DNA from: Moniliella sp. 'wahieum'
Taxonomy: Eukaryota
Direction of reading: 5' to 3'
Length of the DNA stretch: 64,000 bases
Assembly: GCA_003971905.1 (NCBI GenBank)
Contig: RSEE01000111.1
Location: 1-64,000, forward strand
Under the pieces are notes generated by a model. That model saw nothing but the letters and a program-made list of their open reading frames with translations. It made no database searches and was not told the origin of the DNA. The translations under genes and the position numbers were made by a program. This document shows, in pieces, positions 25,201-38,171 of the stretch (position 1 is its first letter; each line of letters opens with the position of its first letter).

Positions 25201-26433
25201 CGCGAGCCTACGGTACGGCGGGAACGGGTAGGTCCACGTCTCGGACGGGGGGCAGAGGAGCAAGCGCAATCGCCGTCGTGATGGGAGCGACTCTGGGGCG
25301 GGATGCCACGCACGCCCTCGGTGCTGCCCGTGGCATTGAGCATGCCGCACAGTGGCGCGAATCGATGTCTTCGCCCCGGCGGGAGCGGAGGGACTTGCGT
25401 TTCTTGTGGTTGCCACCGCTGCGATCGCCGTCCGAGGCGTACTCGTCGCTGGACGTGTCACTTGCGCTTGCACTCGCGCATTCCGCGGAACGGTTTCGTG
25501 TGCGCGCGAGTGGTCAGGGAGCACCGCAGCGGCCTCTTGCTCGGGCGGATCGACATAGAAATAGCCATCTGGCCCCGGCTGGTGCGGCGGTAGCGGTGCG
25601 CCCTTCGCCTCTTGGTTGGTTGAGATGGGGTACGAAGGGAAGGAGATCGACAAGCGGGCGGCGACGTGCGGGTCGACCCATGTGGACGGGTCCTCCTCCT
25701 CTTTGGTCACGCCGGCAGAGGCAACGGGAGATAATGGCTGGAATCGTCGCCGTCGTCATCGTCGTCGGCTTCCTCGTCTTCTTCTCCCTCGTCCTCATCC
25801 TCCTCTGCACCCAGAGAGGTAAAAGTGTCGGAAGCCCGGATCAAGCCCGTATCCGCTCGGCCACATCGATGTCCGGATTGGCGAGGAGGATCGGAGGGCG
25901 GAGGGGAGAGAGAGAGATGCACTGGACGGAGGGGCGACGGGGGGAGGGAGGAAAGCGACGACCTGTTTCTGGGAAGCCTCGACGGCGGAGCGCAGATCGG
26001 CGAGGGAAGCAAGTTGGGCGGAGGATACGTGTCCGGCGTGGTGAAGTGCGAGCGCCTGGGCCGTACGCTGGGCCGCGGCCAGCAACGCTGCCTGGTGCGT
26101 GGAGCTTGCTCAACAGCTGGGGCACGGCCGGTGGCGCTGGCCTGGCTGCCGCCGCAGCGATGGGCGTCGAGGGGCGTGCGTGCGCAGATGGCGAGGAGGG
26201 CGTGGGCATTGGTAGCGGCCCTGGTGACGGGGGCCAAGGAGGAAGGCGCCGGCTGGCGCGGCCGTGGGCGCTGCGATGGGGGTGGGGGTGGGCGGGGGGA
26301 TGGCCATCGCGGGAGACACGGTGGGGCAGGCGCTGGGGACGGCGTCAGCGGTGGGCTTGTTCGTTCCATGCACACACAACACCACAGGAGACGGCGCACT
26401 CACCTTGATGCGGCGCGGAGGCGACGACAGCAT
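22270..26433 (-). CDS. Large Pro-rich hypothetical protein, frameshifted; may be more than one gene; 3' end approximate
   Basis: ATG at 26433 (MLSSPPRRIK) is followed by a GTGAGT...GCTGAC...CAG intron at 26403-26333. Long consecutive minus-strand ORFs include globular-looking segments (REIYSKLFLTAHQLFHTQF; EDVIKQTHRLKMFTLARIML). Confidence 0.5.
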
Positions 26434-26499
26434 CGCCCTCGTCGCTTGCCCGGGGGGGGGATGGGGATGGGGGTTGGGATGGAGGTGGGGATGAGGATG

Positions 26500-26632
26500 A
26501 AGATGGAGATGGAGATGGAGATGGAGATGGAGATGGAGATGGAGATGGAGATGGAGATGGAGATGGAGATGGAGATGGAGATGGAGATGGAGATGGAGAT
26601 GGAGATGGAGATGGAGATGGAGATGGAGATGA
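26500..26632. repeat. (ATGGAG)n hexamer microsatellite, about 21 perfect units with degenerate flanks
   Basis: Seen directly, just upstream of the 26433 start codon. Confidence 0.95.
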
Positions 26633-27079
26633 AGATGGGGATGGAGATGAAGACGAAGATGGAGATGAAGACGAAGATGGATAGGCTGTGTTGGTGGCTG
26701 TTGCAATCGAGAGCGGTTGGACGTTGGCCCCGCCAGCCGCTTTCCGCCGCTGTATTTTTTTTCTGCCAATGCGCCGTTCCGCACTGCTGCGTCCGTCGAC
26801 CGAGTGCGTGCAGCAGCTCCGGTATTGGCCCCACTACCAACGGTGCTTTGTTTCGCTTTCGCTGCCTACGCCCGCACATATGTATGGTACGCTCGACGCA
26901 GAGCTCGCTTCCTCCAGTGGACAGATGGCCAGCCAGGTTGGCGTGGGTTCCCAGGATCGGATCCATCATTAAGCAACAATCCACAGACGGGGCGGGGGGG
27001 GGCAAGAAGGAGTGGTTCCCCGTTTCCAACTACAGCTGGGCGTGACTCTGGGCCTGGACCTGGGCTGGCTTCTTCTGCT

Positions 27080-27668
27080 CTACGGGCTTTCAAAGACCCA
27101 ATCGTTGAGCTCGTGGCGGTTGCGTACAATCTCAACAATGTAAAACTGCACCTTGGGCACAAAGATGGTGTTGGTCTATGTGTACTCATCGCTGCTGTCC
27201 ACGCACAGGAGGGAGGCGAGGTTAAAGTCGGCCACTGCCAGGAAGGAAACAGGGCAAAGACGCGAACACAAGATACGGGAGGGGGGGAAGAGAGATCAAT
27301 CCCACCTTCATCGCATCCCCATCAATCGCAGTTCGAACGGCCACGGCTGCTGGGGCACCGCTGCTACAGACAGCGGGCGGACAGAGACCGAGAGACCTAC
27401 CCTTCTTTTCGTACTGCATCATCCACGGGCACCAGCGGGGCTTGTTCTGGTCAGAGAAAGGGCAAGGCCGGGCAGAGCACAGGGAGAGAGCGTCAGTAGG
27501 CAGCGATAGAAGGCGTACGTACTTGTGCTGCCCGTCGTTGATCTTGACGAGCAGGCCGCTGTACGTCTGGGCCTGCTCCACCTCCACCGTCTGGACGGCC
27601 ATCTGCATCTCGAATGCCTCGGCGTTCTGGACGGTGTCTGGGTGCATGTTGGCGATGGAGGCGGACAT
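27080..27668 (-). pseudogene. PBDC1/YPL225W-family (Polysacc_synt_4) gene, apparently decayed
   Basis: Segments read QNAEAFEMQMAVQTVE..QAQTY, KPRWCPWMMQYEKK and DFNLASLLRVDSSDEYT*TNTIFVPKVQFYIVEIVRNRHELND. There is an in-frame TAG at 27178-27176, and the middle LTKxDDEIY segment is not visible. Confidence 0.7.
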
Positions 27669-27992
27669 GGGGGGGGGGTTACGTGGGCAGCGTGCTCGAG
27701 GGACCTGTCGGGACAGGTGTGGGTTGGGCACCTTATAATCCAGCGAGCGGGCTCTGAGATGTGACGTGATGCGGGCGGAGCCTAAGGCCTAAGGGAATAA
27801 CCCTACGGCAGGCGCTAGGGTTGGAGCGCCACGTGCTCTGTGCGACGCTGCTCCACCACGACGGGGGGGATGGGGAAGGTGATGGGACTGGTGATGAGGG
27901 GGAAGGTGATGGGGACGGGGCTGGAGATGGAGATGGAGATGGAGATGGAGATTCGCTTCTGCTGCTCCGTCTTCGCTTCCATCGTCCCCCCC

Positions 27993-28966
27993 ATGGCCGC
28001 TGCAACACCTCCTCCCCTGGCTGGCAGCTTGCGCTGCAGCAGCTCACCCACCGCATCCCCTCCGTCCTCCGCACGCCCGCCGAGGCAATTGTGGGCGAGG
28101 TGCGTGTCTTTCCCCCCCGCGCTCTCCCTCCACGGCACTCACGCCCTCCCCCCCCTCTCCGCAGGAATGCTACACGACGCTGATCTACGATGCGGAGCTG
28201 ACGGACGTGCCGTGCGTGCGGCTGGCGCTGTCCAAGGGCCTCGGTCTGGGCATTGTCGTATTTGGCTCGGTGATGAAGGTGCCGCAGATGCTCACCATCC
28301 TGCGTGCCCACTCGGCGCAGGGGATCAGTTTGGGCGGGTACGTGTTGGAGGTGCTGTCGTACAGCATCAGTTTGGCCTATGCCGTGCGCAAGCAGTTGCC
28401 CTTTAGCACCTATGGCGAGAATGCGAGTTTGACCGTGCAGAGTACGTGTTTCTTCCGGCTGGTCTGTGCGTTTGCGCATGGCTGCGCTGAGCCTTAGCGC
28501 TGACCGTACTGACTGGCCACCACTACTCATCGGCGGCGCGGGTGCAGATATGATCATCCTGATGCTGCTGCTGGCATATGGCTCAGGGGCAGAGGCTAAA
28601 GTACGTGGGCAGCGTATGGTGCTTGCGGCCGGGGCACTGGCTGTGCTCACGCTGTTCCTCTACACGCCCATGCTGTGTTCGGGGGCAGTGCTTGGGCTTC
28701 TGCAGGCAGCGACGATTCCACTCTCGTTGTTGTCCAAGGTGCCGCAGATAATTGAGTTGCAGCGGCGCAAAGCGCCAGGCCAGCTGAGTGCGATTGTGGT
28801 GTTTGCCCAGTTTGCCGGCACGTTGGCCCGCATCTTTACCAGTCTCACCGAGACGGACGATCGGCTGCTGTTGTGGGGCTTTGGGCTGAGCGCATGTTTC
28901 AATGCGGTTGTGCTCACGCAGCTGCTGGTCTACTGGAATGGCAACGAGAAGGCCAAGAAGGAGTAG
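27993..28966 (+). CDS. MPDU1: Mannose-P-dolichol utilization defect 1 (MPDU1/Lec35) PQ-loop protein; introns 28100-28164 and 28442-28547
   Basis: CVRLALSKGLGLGIVVFGSVMKVPQ, LPFSTYGEN, LLSKVPQI and GQLSAIVVFAQFAGTLARIFTS, with canonical GT-AG introns that restore the frame. Confidence 0.92.
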
Positions 28967-31900
28967 TGGTCGGATGAACAAGAGCAAAGAAGGACCAACC
29001 AGCCTTTCATCCAACCAGCCTTTCATCCATCCAGCCATCCAACCAACCATCTAGGCGTCTAGGCCCATTTCGTTGTGTGCGGCAGCTGGAGGAGGAGGTA
29101 GGACATGGCGCGAGATAGATGACGACCGGAGCTAGGACGGGCAGCTGAGTAACCCGGCACGATCGCCACGCCCCATCCTACCTAGCGTACGGAGCGAGGG
29201 TTGGAGGTGGGTTGCCCCATGTGCTATGTGTTTTGGGCGGACCACTGCAATCCGACCCTATCCAATCCAATCCAATCCTCATCTTTCCTCAGTGGCACCA
29301 ACCATGCGATTCATCAGCACACCTAACCGCAGGCCCCTTGGTATCCATCCGCCCTCCACAGAAGGCTGAGGGGAGCCAGAAGACCAAGACCCCGAACGTT
29401 GGGTGGACTAGGACCCGAGGGGAACTGGCACCCCAAGGGCGCAAAGGATGAAAGGGGTATTAGCCACTGCCATACGACCCCCAGCATTTCCCCCTCCCCC
29501 CCCGGATCTCTTTGTCTGCTTGTCCGGCACGCAAAGCTGGCTTGCAATCGTCGTGTTGGGGAGAGGAGTCACAGGGCGCCGCGAAACCAAGAGTAAATCT
29601 TGCAGAGACGGGGCCAGGGCAAGGGCAGAGAGAACCGTGGAGGCAACAGAAGCACAGGGGCGGAACATAACCAGAAAGACGCGTGCCGAAGAAATGACCC
29701 AGGACCAAGACGCATACCGAAGGAGATTACATACGAGGGAGAGCAGAAAAAGAGTGGACCGTATGCCCAAGCCCAAAAGCAACTAATAAAGCGCCGATTA
29801 TCCACCTACGTTCCGTTGTCCGCCAGGGGCAGAAGTGGGATCGAGCGGGGCCGAGAGGTCGTGGGGAACCGTTTCCGTAATCCACCAACGTTATCCTTGT
29901 CGGGGCAAGCGCAACCGCGATGGCAGGTCTACCAGGTCTAACCAATGGCAGGTTTCGCAGCCACTGAACGCGGTGCACAAAAGACGCGGGGCAGGGTGGA
30001 AACACAGCTACCCCAGCCTACCCGGGCAAAAACGCCAAGGAACAGACCGGAACAAGGAACAGAACAATGAGACGCACTCAAATCAGATTAATCAGATGAG
30101 GGATCAAGTCTTTGATCTTACGCATCTGCACACAAGGAGAGACCTGAACCCCCCTCCCCCCTCCCCCTCCCCCTCCCCGCTCCACCCGAACTGGTTCCCA
30201 GTTCCCACCCCCAGGTTAACGTAAGTTCCGTGCACAGCGGAACCCTTCCTATCCGGGTGTGTGCAGCCGGCTGGATTGAAGCTAGGGCGGATCTACGTTT
30301 GGCCGACCGAGGTAAAAGTAGTACTTCCATTAGACGTGTCCGCTCTTCCGCCCGCGTGTCCAATAATGTCACTGTCAACATGTGAGACCCAACGCGGGGG
30401 GGGGGGGGGGGGGGCGTAGGCGGGAAGTGCTGTGCCTCAGCAGAGCGTGACGGGGTATGATGAGGCGAGAGGCGAGTTGAGGCGAGGCAGGGATCGGACC
30501 TACGTGGCGTGCGTTGTAGTTGCCACAGGGTGCGGGTGGCGGGGAACTATTGGGTCTACAGAGGTAGGGAGGGAGTGGTCTTGAGTACAGTGACAGAAAT
30601 GCGACTGTGCCAGGCAGCTGATCCGATGGCCGAACCAGAGCGCCATGTCTGGTCCCGTGTCATCCATGGCCTTGCTGTCCTCTGTTGGCGAGCCCCAGAG
30701 CCGGGCAGGCAGTTCGACGGGGTGGTCCAAGAGGCTAGCAGATGCGCGGTGTATAGCATGGTACAGGGAAGGCAATGGGATCGCCAAGAGATTCAAGAGC
30801 AACCCGAGGAGGAGGAGTGGACCGAATCAGGAGGGTGGTGTGGGTCGCACGATTGGGCCAGACACTCAGTGTGCACGATCTGGTTGGAGAGCGAGGGTGG
30901 AGGGCAGGCGCAACGGCACACGAGGGAAGGGTGTGGAGAGGTCTTGCTCCGTACGGATACAAGGTGACACTTGGCTTGAGGCCGTTATGTTCGACGCTAG
31001 GATGAACATGTCAGTGCGTCTGATTGGCGAAACTCGTGAGCTGGGTCGCAGGGCGCGACGACGATCCTCTAGCTGATCCGGGGAAAACTTAACTCCCAGC
31101 ACGGTGTACGTTTGGCAGGCAGGCTGGCCAGGCCTTCAGTATGCCTTGCGGGATGTGTGGACGATGGCCTGGGGCAGATCGCGCTGCTCGGGTTGAGCGC
31201 ACGCTGGCCAAGATGGGTGGTGGGCGCGGCGTGGTGGAAGACAGGGAGAGACTGCGGAAAGAAAGACAGGAGCCAACATAAGCGGTCGGAGAGGTTGTGC
31301 GGGTTGTAGGCCGATCCATCCCTCCATCATTCCATTGAAGATCCGGTACGTCCCGCGCACGACTCAACCCAAACCGGCAAACTGACCACTCACCACAACT
31401 TGAAAGAATGGGAAGCAAGTGCGGGGGCGAAGGCACTGTATCCACACTGGTACTGTTGAGTGGGAACAACGAACGAGCAATGTGAGTTGGGAAATTGGCA
31501 GGAAAAGGCGGTAGAGAGGAACCGAATGTGTCTTCCTATGGTTTCCCGCAATGGGAAGAGAAGGGTATGCAGGGGGAGAGAAGGGATGCAGGGGGAGAGA
31601 AGGGGATGAATGGGAAGAAAAGGGTGTGGTGTTACTAAAGCGATGACCAAGCAGCATGACGTGGCCGCAGAGTGAGGAGCGCTGCGCAGCCCTTCGATAC
31701 GCGTCTTGGCATTCGTTACCCTTGTGGATTGGGGGACGGCAGACGTTAACCTGAAGGAAGCTCTGAAGGGACGCAGGAGGTCTGGCGGAAGGATTGATTA
31801 ATGATTAGCTTCAAGCTCCAAAGGAGCGAAGCTTAGCGTGCGCTTGGTGCGTGTCGCGTGAATGGGGTGGATTGGGGACGGATCAATATCAATATCAATA

Positions 31901-32447
31901 TTCAAAAGGGGGACGGAGGGCCACGTGTGCGTGGGCGGTGTGACATGTGAGATGCGAGTGGGTGTCACATGTCACCCGTCACGCGGAGGGTGAGTCAGCA
32001 GCTGGCCATCCACAGTCACTGCTTGCTTGCACCGACTGTGGCCAGCGACTAGAGAGACCTCAGTGCTCCCACAGGAAGATTCGCGCGCGGCGTGGGTGGA
32101 CGTGGCGCGAAGATCAGCAGTCGAAGGTTGGACGTGGGAAGACGAGAGCGCAGGCCAGGGAGCGTCCAGTGGGATGTTGGACCGTGAGAAGTTGGAAGTT
32201 GGACCGTGCGGCAGGCGAGGCGGGCCAGGGTGTGACATGGGAGTGACAGCGACGCTGAGGCTGAGCTCAGCGGCTGAGATGTGAGAATGGCCACGCGCCA
32301 ACGCCATCACGCATGGCGCTCGCCCTCAGCGCTACAGTCATCGAAGCTAGTCATCCATCTGCATCGATCCATCCGCCCAGCCGCCAGGGTTGCAGCTCGC
32401 CCGTGCTGCCCTCGTCTCGCTCTCTTTGTCTGCCCATCTCTCTCAGG

Positions 32448-34005
32448 ATGGCCTCCTCTTCGTCCCTGCTGCCCAAGCGCAAGCAGCACCAACCCCATCC
32501 CCAGCAGCACCAGCAGCACGCCCGCCGCGTCGGTCGTCGGTTGTCGACGCGCTGGCCCAGCTGCGTGCCAAGCCGCCCATTGACCGCGGTCTCGAGTGGC
32601 AGCTCTGGTCCGCTGCTGCTGCTTGCCCTGGCTGGCGTGCTGTACGTCGTCTCGGGTGGCCGCACCAGCAGCGCGTTGCACGCTGGGCAGCCTCCTTCTT
32701 CCCGTCCTCTGGGCTTGGCGACGCCCTACCGCAGTGGCTTGCGGCGCTGCACCGTGCCACTGGCTCCATGTTCTTTTTGCAGTACGCGCTGCCCGTCTCT
32801 AACTCTTCCGAACCGCTGTGGATCAACCGCACGTACGCCAAGGGCCCGCTGGACATTTGGTTCGCGGTAACGTGGGCGGTAGGTTTGACGGCGATTCGGG
32901 CGTTTGTGATGAAATTTATCCTGACGCCGCTGGGGCGGCGGTGGGTGCCGCGGGAAGAGGTGGGTGTGGCCAAGAAGGCTGTGGGGGGCGAGGAAGGGGT
33001 GTTGGAGCGGGAACGTGCGCAGCGGTCGACCGATAAGAAAGTGCTTCGGTTTGCTGAGCAAGGCTGGTGTGTGTGTACTACATTCCTTCGTGGACCATGG
33101 GGCTGTGGGTGGCGTCGCGTCAGCCCTACTGGCCGTTGAAGATGAAGGAGTACTGGACCGACTACCCGGCAACGACGATGGATGGTCTTTTCAAGGTACG
33201 TACGCTACCGCTCTTTTTCTCTTTCTGTTTCTTCTTCTTCTTCGTGGGAGGGCGTTTGCGTTTGCGTTTGCGTTTGCGTTTCGGGCTCTGTTGATTTCTC
33301 GTCCCCCCCCCCCCCCTCCCCATAGGCAGGGGCAGATGGGTTGTGTGCGGACACTGACGAACGACCTCCCCCCCGGCAGTTCTACTACCTGTTCCAACTG
33401 GGCTTTTGGCTGCACCAACTGGTGGTGATCAACCTGGAGGCGAAGCGGTCGGACTATGTGCAAATGTCGAGCCACCATGTGATTACGATCACGTTGATTG
33501 CCAGCAGCTACGTGCTGCATTACCAGCGGATTGGGAATGCGATTCTGACGGTGATGGATCCAAGTGACATTTTGTTATCGGCGGCCAAGTGTTTGCGGTA
33601 CATGCAATGGCAAATGGTGTGCGACGTGATGTTTGGGTTGTTTATGGTTTCGTGGTTGATTACGCGCCACGTGCTGTTCAACTTGATGACCTACAGTGTG
33701 TACCACGACCCGCAACTGTCATTCCCCGCGTGTGGGACGCCAAGCGGCAAATCTACTTTTCGCACACGCTGCAGCGCACCATGCTCGGTCTGCTGCTCAG
33801 CATGCAGGCCATCCTGCTCGTGTGGTTCGGCATGATTGTGCGTGTCGCGTACCGCGTCGTGACGGGGGGCGAGGCGCACGACTCGCGCTCCGACGAGGAC
33901 ACGGACGAGGTGTGGGAGGCCGACGAGCCGGACGCGCAGCCCGAGGAGGAGGACGGGGACAAGAAGGAGCACGAGAAGGAGCACAGCGACAAGAAGGCCG
34001 AGTGA
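32448..34005 (+). CDS. LAG1: Ceramide synthase, LAG1/LAC1 (TLC domain) family; intron 33196-33379
   Basis: YAKGPLDIWF, VLRFAEQGW, FYYLFQLGFWLHQ, the Lag1p motif EAKRSDYVQMSSHHVIT...MDPSDILLSAAKCLRY, and an acidic DSRSDED tail. Confidence 0.93.
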
Positions 34006-34287
34006 GGAGGTGTGGGCGCCAGTGTGAGGCGAGGCTGCCTTTGGATGCATGCATGGATGAAGCGTCAATAGCTTCAATATAGCCCCCCCAACCAGCCGTC
34101 GCAGTAGGGTTAGTATGCAGATGCGCGGCTGACGTCAGCCGGCGCAGGGGGCGGGGGCGCCACAACGCAACGCCCAGCACAACCCTAGCGCCACGCCGCC
34201 GTCGCCCGCGCGGCGGTGGACCACAAGCCAAAAGCAAAAGCAAAGGGCCTTTGGCGCATACCATCCCCCACCAGCACCCCCACGCCC

Positions 34288-36285
34288 ATGCGCGACCTCG
34301 ACAGCTGGCCGCCGACCGCGCACGCCGACGGGGACGACATGCCCCCCCCGGCCTCGACCTTGGGTCGCAGCTGCGCCACCCGCTCGGCATGGGCCTCGAC
34401 ATGGACATGGACATGGCCGACATGCGCCTGCATGGACATGGGCATGGACATGGGCATGGATATGGGCATGGATATGGGCATGGATATGGATATGGACATG
34501 GGGATGCGCCTTGGCATGCCGCTCGACATGGACCTTGGCATGAGCATGGGCATCGACCCGCTTGCCGACTCGCTCGGAGCCGAGCTAGGTGGCCACAGCC
34601 TGCATGCGCAGTTGCACGGCGACTCGTTGGGTGCCGAGTTGGGTGGCGACTCGCTTGGTGCCGAGTTGGGTGGCCAGATCGGCGAGTCGCTCGGTGACGA
34701 GCTAGCCTTTGCACCTGGTGGTGACGATGCTGTACGTGGTTCCCCTCGTGGCGCTGGCGACCCTCGTGCCTCGGGCGTGGCGAGCGGTACCCCTTTCTCC
34801 TCCCAGCTGGACAAACATGAGCATGAGGACGACCCAGTGCGCCCTTCTGCCACTGGGCACGCTACCCCCCTTGCTGCTACCTCTACCTCTACCGCCACCA
34901 GCAGCAGCACGACACCTGGCGCACGCGGCGCAAACGCAGCTGCCAGCCTGCCCCTTCCCGCCGCAGCTGCAGCGGCAGGCTCGACGTCCCCGTCGCTATC
35001 CACGTCCAGGTCCACGCCTAGCTCGACCACTGCCTCGGGGGGGTTCGCATGCGGGCCGGTACCTCAGGTACCTCGGGGGTTGACGCGCAAGCGAATTTCG
35101 AAGCGCGTCTTCAAGCGACGCATGCGCACACGTTAGCGCAACTCCGAGCGACCGTTATCGCAGACCGAGTCGTTTTTAGCCAAGCTGCGACCTCGGCCTG
35201 GCGAGGGCGGGGTGGAAGAGGACCTGCTCAAGCTCGAGACGACAGCAGCGAGCGTAGTGCGTCAGTTGCAAGAAACGGCAATTCAACGTGAAGCTCAAGT
35301 ACGTGAATTGAAAGAGGCCCAATTGGTCTGGATGTATTTGATCCTCCTTTGCCCGGATCTGGGGCGCCTACCACCTCTATTTCTGCTTCCACCTCTCACC
35401 CGTCGCTTGCTCTGGGGCCCAGTTCATCTACGACCGCGACGCCGACGGCGGGGTCGGTGGCTCTGCCTGCTGCGCTGAGTGGGGGGGGGGGTGGGGGGGG
35501 CAGCTGGGGTCCGCACTGGGTTCCTCGACAAGAGGTGGCCCAGGTGGACCTGGACGAAGAAGAGCGTATGATCCAAGTTTGCTTGTCCGGGCCCGAGGGG
35601 GGCGAAGGGGACGACTTGTTGGGTCTGGATGTGCTCGCTGCGTCGGGTCGGTCTGACGAGGCGGACGCGGACGCGGACCCGGAGGCCGAGGCTCAGCTGA
35701 AGCTGAAACCACTCGAGCTGGAACGTCTGCCACGCGCCGTGTGGTGCTCCGGTCCACAGGGCGCGACGCTCCAGCCGAGACCGAGGCGCACGTGGCGAAG
35801 CAACTGGCGGAAGGGGTCGAGGGCAAGGGCGAGGGAGAAGCGAAGGGGACTTCATCTCTTGGTCGGGGGAACATGGAAAGTTCAATGTGGGTTCGTGGGG
35901 ACGTTGGTGCTGGGATGGTAGCTGTGCGAGCTACGACGGCCGACTTGCTCTTGGGGCTAGCTTCGATCAATGAGCATACCCAAGTCAACCGTGCGCGGTG
36001 AACGATTTGAATCGCAAGTTTCGTGGGATGCGCGGTGCGCTTTCGCAGATTGTGGCCGAGACGAGTAGTACCCAACAGAGCATTGATTGGCTCACGCGGT
36101 GGCACCAACGTCAACGGTCTGACTTTTCCTTGCCGCCACGCACGAGTCCCGTTGCGAGTCCTACAAGCACCACCAACCGCACAAGCACTACGACCCCCAC
36201 AAGCACGAACCCCACGAGCACCACGACCGAGACGACCCCCGCGAGCGAGACGAAGGAAACGAGGGACGGGGACATGCTGGACTGA
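34288..36285 (+). CDS. Hypothetical coiled-coil protein (frameshifted) with an N-terminal (MD/MG)n repeat
   Basis: Consecutive plus-strand ORFs with heptad-like segments (EEDLLKLETTAASVVRQLQE; LASINEHTQVNRA-NDLNRKFRGMRGALSQI). Confidence 0.55.
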
Positions 36286-38171
36286 AAGCGTGGATCGAGG
36301 CAGTACGAACGTACATGGACCAAGCGCTGATGGAAGCTGAGACGAAAGCGCATACGATCTTGCAGCCTCCGCCGGTACCTGCGTCGATTGCCGAGGTGGA
36401 CGTGAGCCATGTTGTTCTCCCTCGCCCAGCCTCGGTCGCGGGACAAGCCTAAGGTTGGCCAGGCCAGCAGGGTAAGGTCGTGCGCTGCGTACTGCCACCC
36501 CGTATACTACGGCCCGTATGCCACGCGGTACAGGGCTCAGGACAGGTCCTACATCCCACAGGACACTGGACACAGGATACGAATCGGCCAGCCGAAGCGT
36601 GTGCGTTTGCGTGCGCGTGTACGCGCGCCCAACTGGCATACTTTCCTGCATACTTTCCCTCCCCCTCCCTCTTCCTCCCTTTCCTCCCTCATCTCCTCTC
36701 TCTACCTCCCTCGTGTGCCTCCCCCTCGCTCATTGCGCAGCTCGCCCACCAGGGCTGGGCTGGGCACAAACGCAGTCCGGTCTCTCCGTTCCCTCTTGAC
36801 GTACCCCCCGCCCATGTACCATGTGGAATGTAACATGTGGAATGTGGCATGTGGAACCGTGGGGGCAACGTGGGTGGGGACTAAGATTCAAGAACGAAGA
36901 CCGAGGGGGGCGCACATGGGGCAAGGTTCGGTTCGGTTCCTCCCAAAGAAAGGCACAGGCACGGTGCACCCTCCCCCCCCCCCTCCCCTTTCGATTTCGA
37001 AGAGGGGGCAGAAACTGTGTAGCTGTGTAGCTCATCACGCGCTCAGCGCTCATGTGGCACCATCGCGAAGGTGGCGTGCGGTAGAATGCCATGTACTGTC
37101 AGGCCTCAGGCCTTGGGGACGTAGGATCGTAGCCCCAGCCCCTCGCAGTGGCAGATGGCAAGGTGCCACATGTCAGTGACCGAGCTAAGCTTGTCCATGT
37201 CAAGCTTACAGTGTCTTCAACGGCGACGGCGCGAAATGTGAGATGCGAGATGGAGGTGTGAGGTCGGGCGGAACCTAGTACGCACTGGCAGTAAGGACCA
37301 AGTGTCCCTCATAGGACTCAGGGGGGTACTGAGTACTGAGTACTGAGTACTGAAGCTTGAAGCTTGAAGGTCCTGCGACGGAGGGGCTCCGTGTGCTCGA
37401 CGGTATTTTCAAAGTAGTACTCGTACACAAGGGAGAGGGGCGGGGGCCGACGGCTGAGCCCGGGGCGTGAGCGGACCGTGGTGCGGCACCCTAATGCCTA
37501 AACCTTAAGCCGCTTAAGCCGCTTAAGGCTAAGCGCTAAGGGCTACCCGGTACCCCTTTGGGCCCTACCGCCACTGGCGCCACGCGTCACGCATGCCCAT
37601 GCGCGCCCCGTGACGGTGTCATTAATCATTGTCACCTGTCACCTGTCAGATGCGATGTCAGATGTCAGATCTCAGAGGCGCCAAAGCACCATGGTGGCTG
37701 GTAAGCGGTAAGCTTGACGGTCGCGGCGGGGGTCAGGTGGGTGACGTGGGGGCATCGTAAGCGATGGCACAGGGGAGCGTGAGGGCAACGCCCGCCGTGT
37801 GGTGACGGGAACGAGAAGATTGAATATTGAGGGGGGGGTGGGTCGTGCTGCTGCTGATTAGTATATGCGTCATGCGCGTCATGGGGCGTCGGTGGGCGCA
37901 GTGCGAACCAAAGCCAGTAAAACGCCAACAAGGGGTCAGTCCGCTGCGCCTCGACAGGAGTGCAACACTATCATCTACAGGAGGTTTAGTATAGGTACAG
38001 TAGTCACTATTAGCCTACAGGTATCTGGTCGAACCCATTTTCGCGCCCCACTTTCCGGATTCTCTCTCCTACTCTCGTCTTTTGGTCTTGTTCTCTTCTT
38101 GCTCTTCCTCCACCGTCACGGTCACGGTCACATTTCGTCCCTGACCTACCGCTCACTGCTCAGCGCTCACC

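Noticed and set aside
25825..27045. Poly-(Met-Glu), poly-(His-Leu) or poly-(Ile-Ser) proteins
   Set aside because: These are translations of an (ATGGAG)n microsatellite lying upstream of the real start codon at 26433.
37320..37560. Clustered short palindromic repeats (GTACTGA)4, AAGCTTG, CTTAAG
   Set aside because: Consistent with the slippage microsatellites seen throughout the window; no element boundaries.
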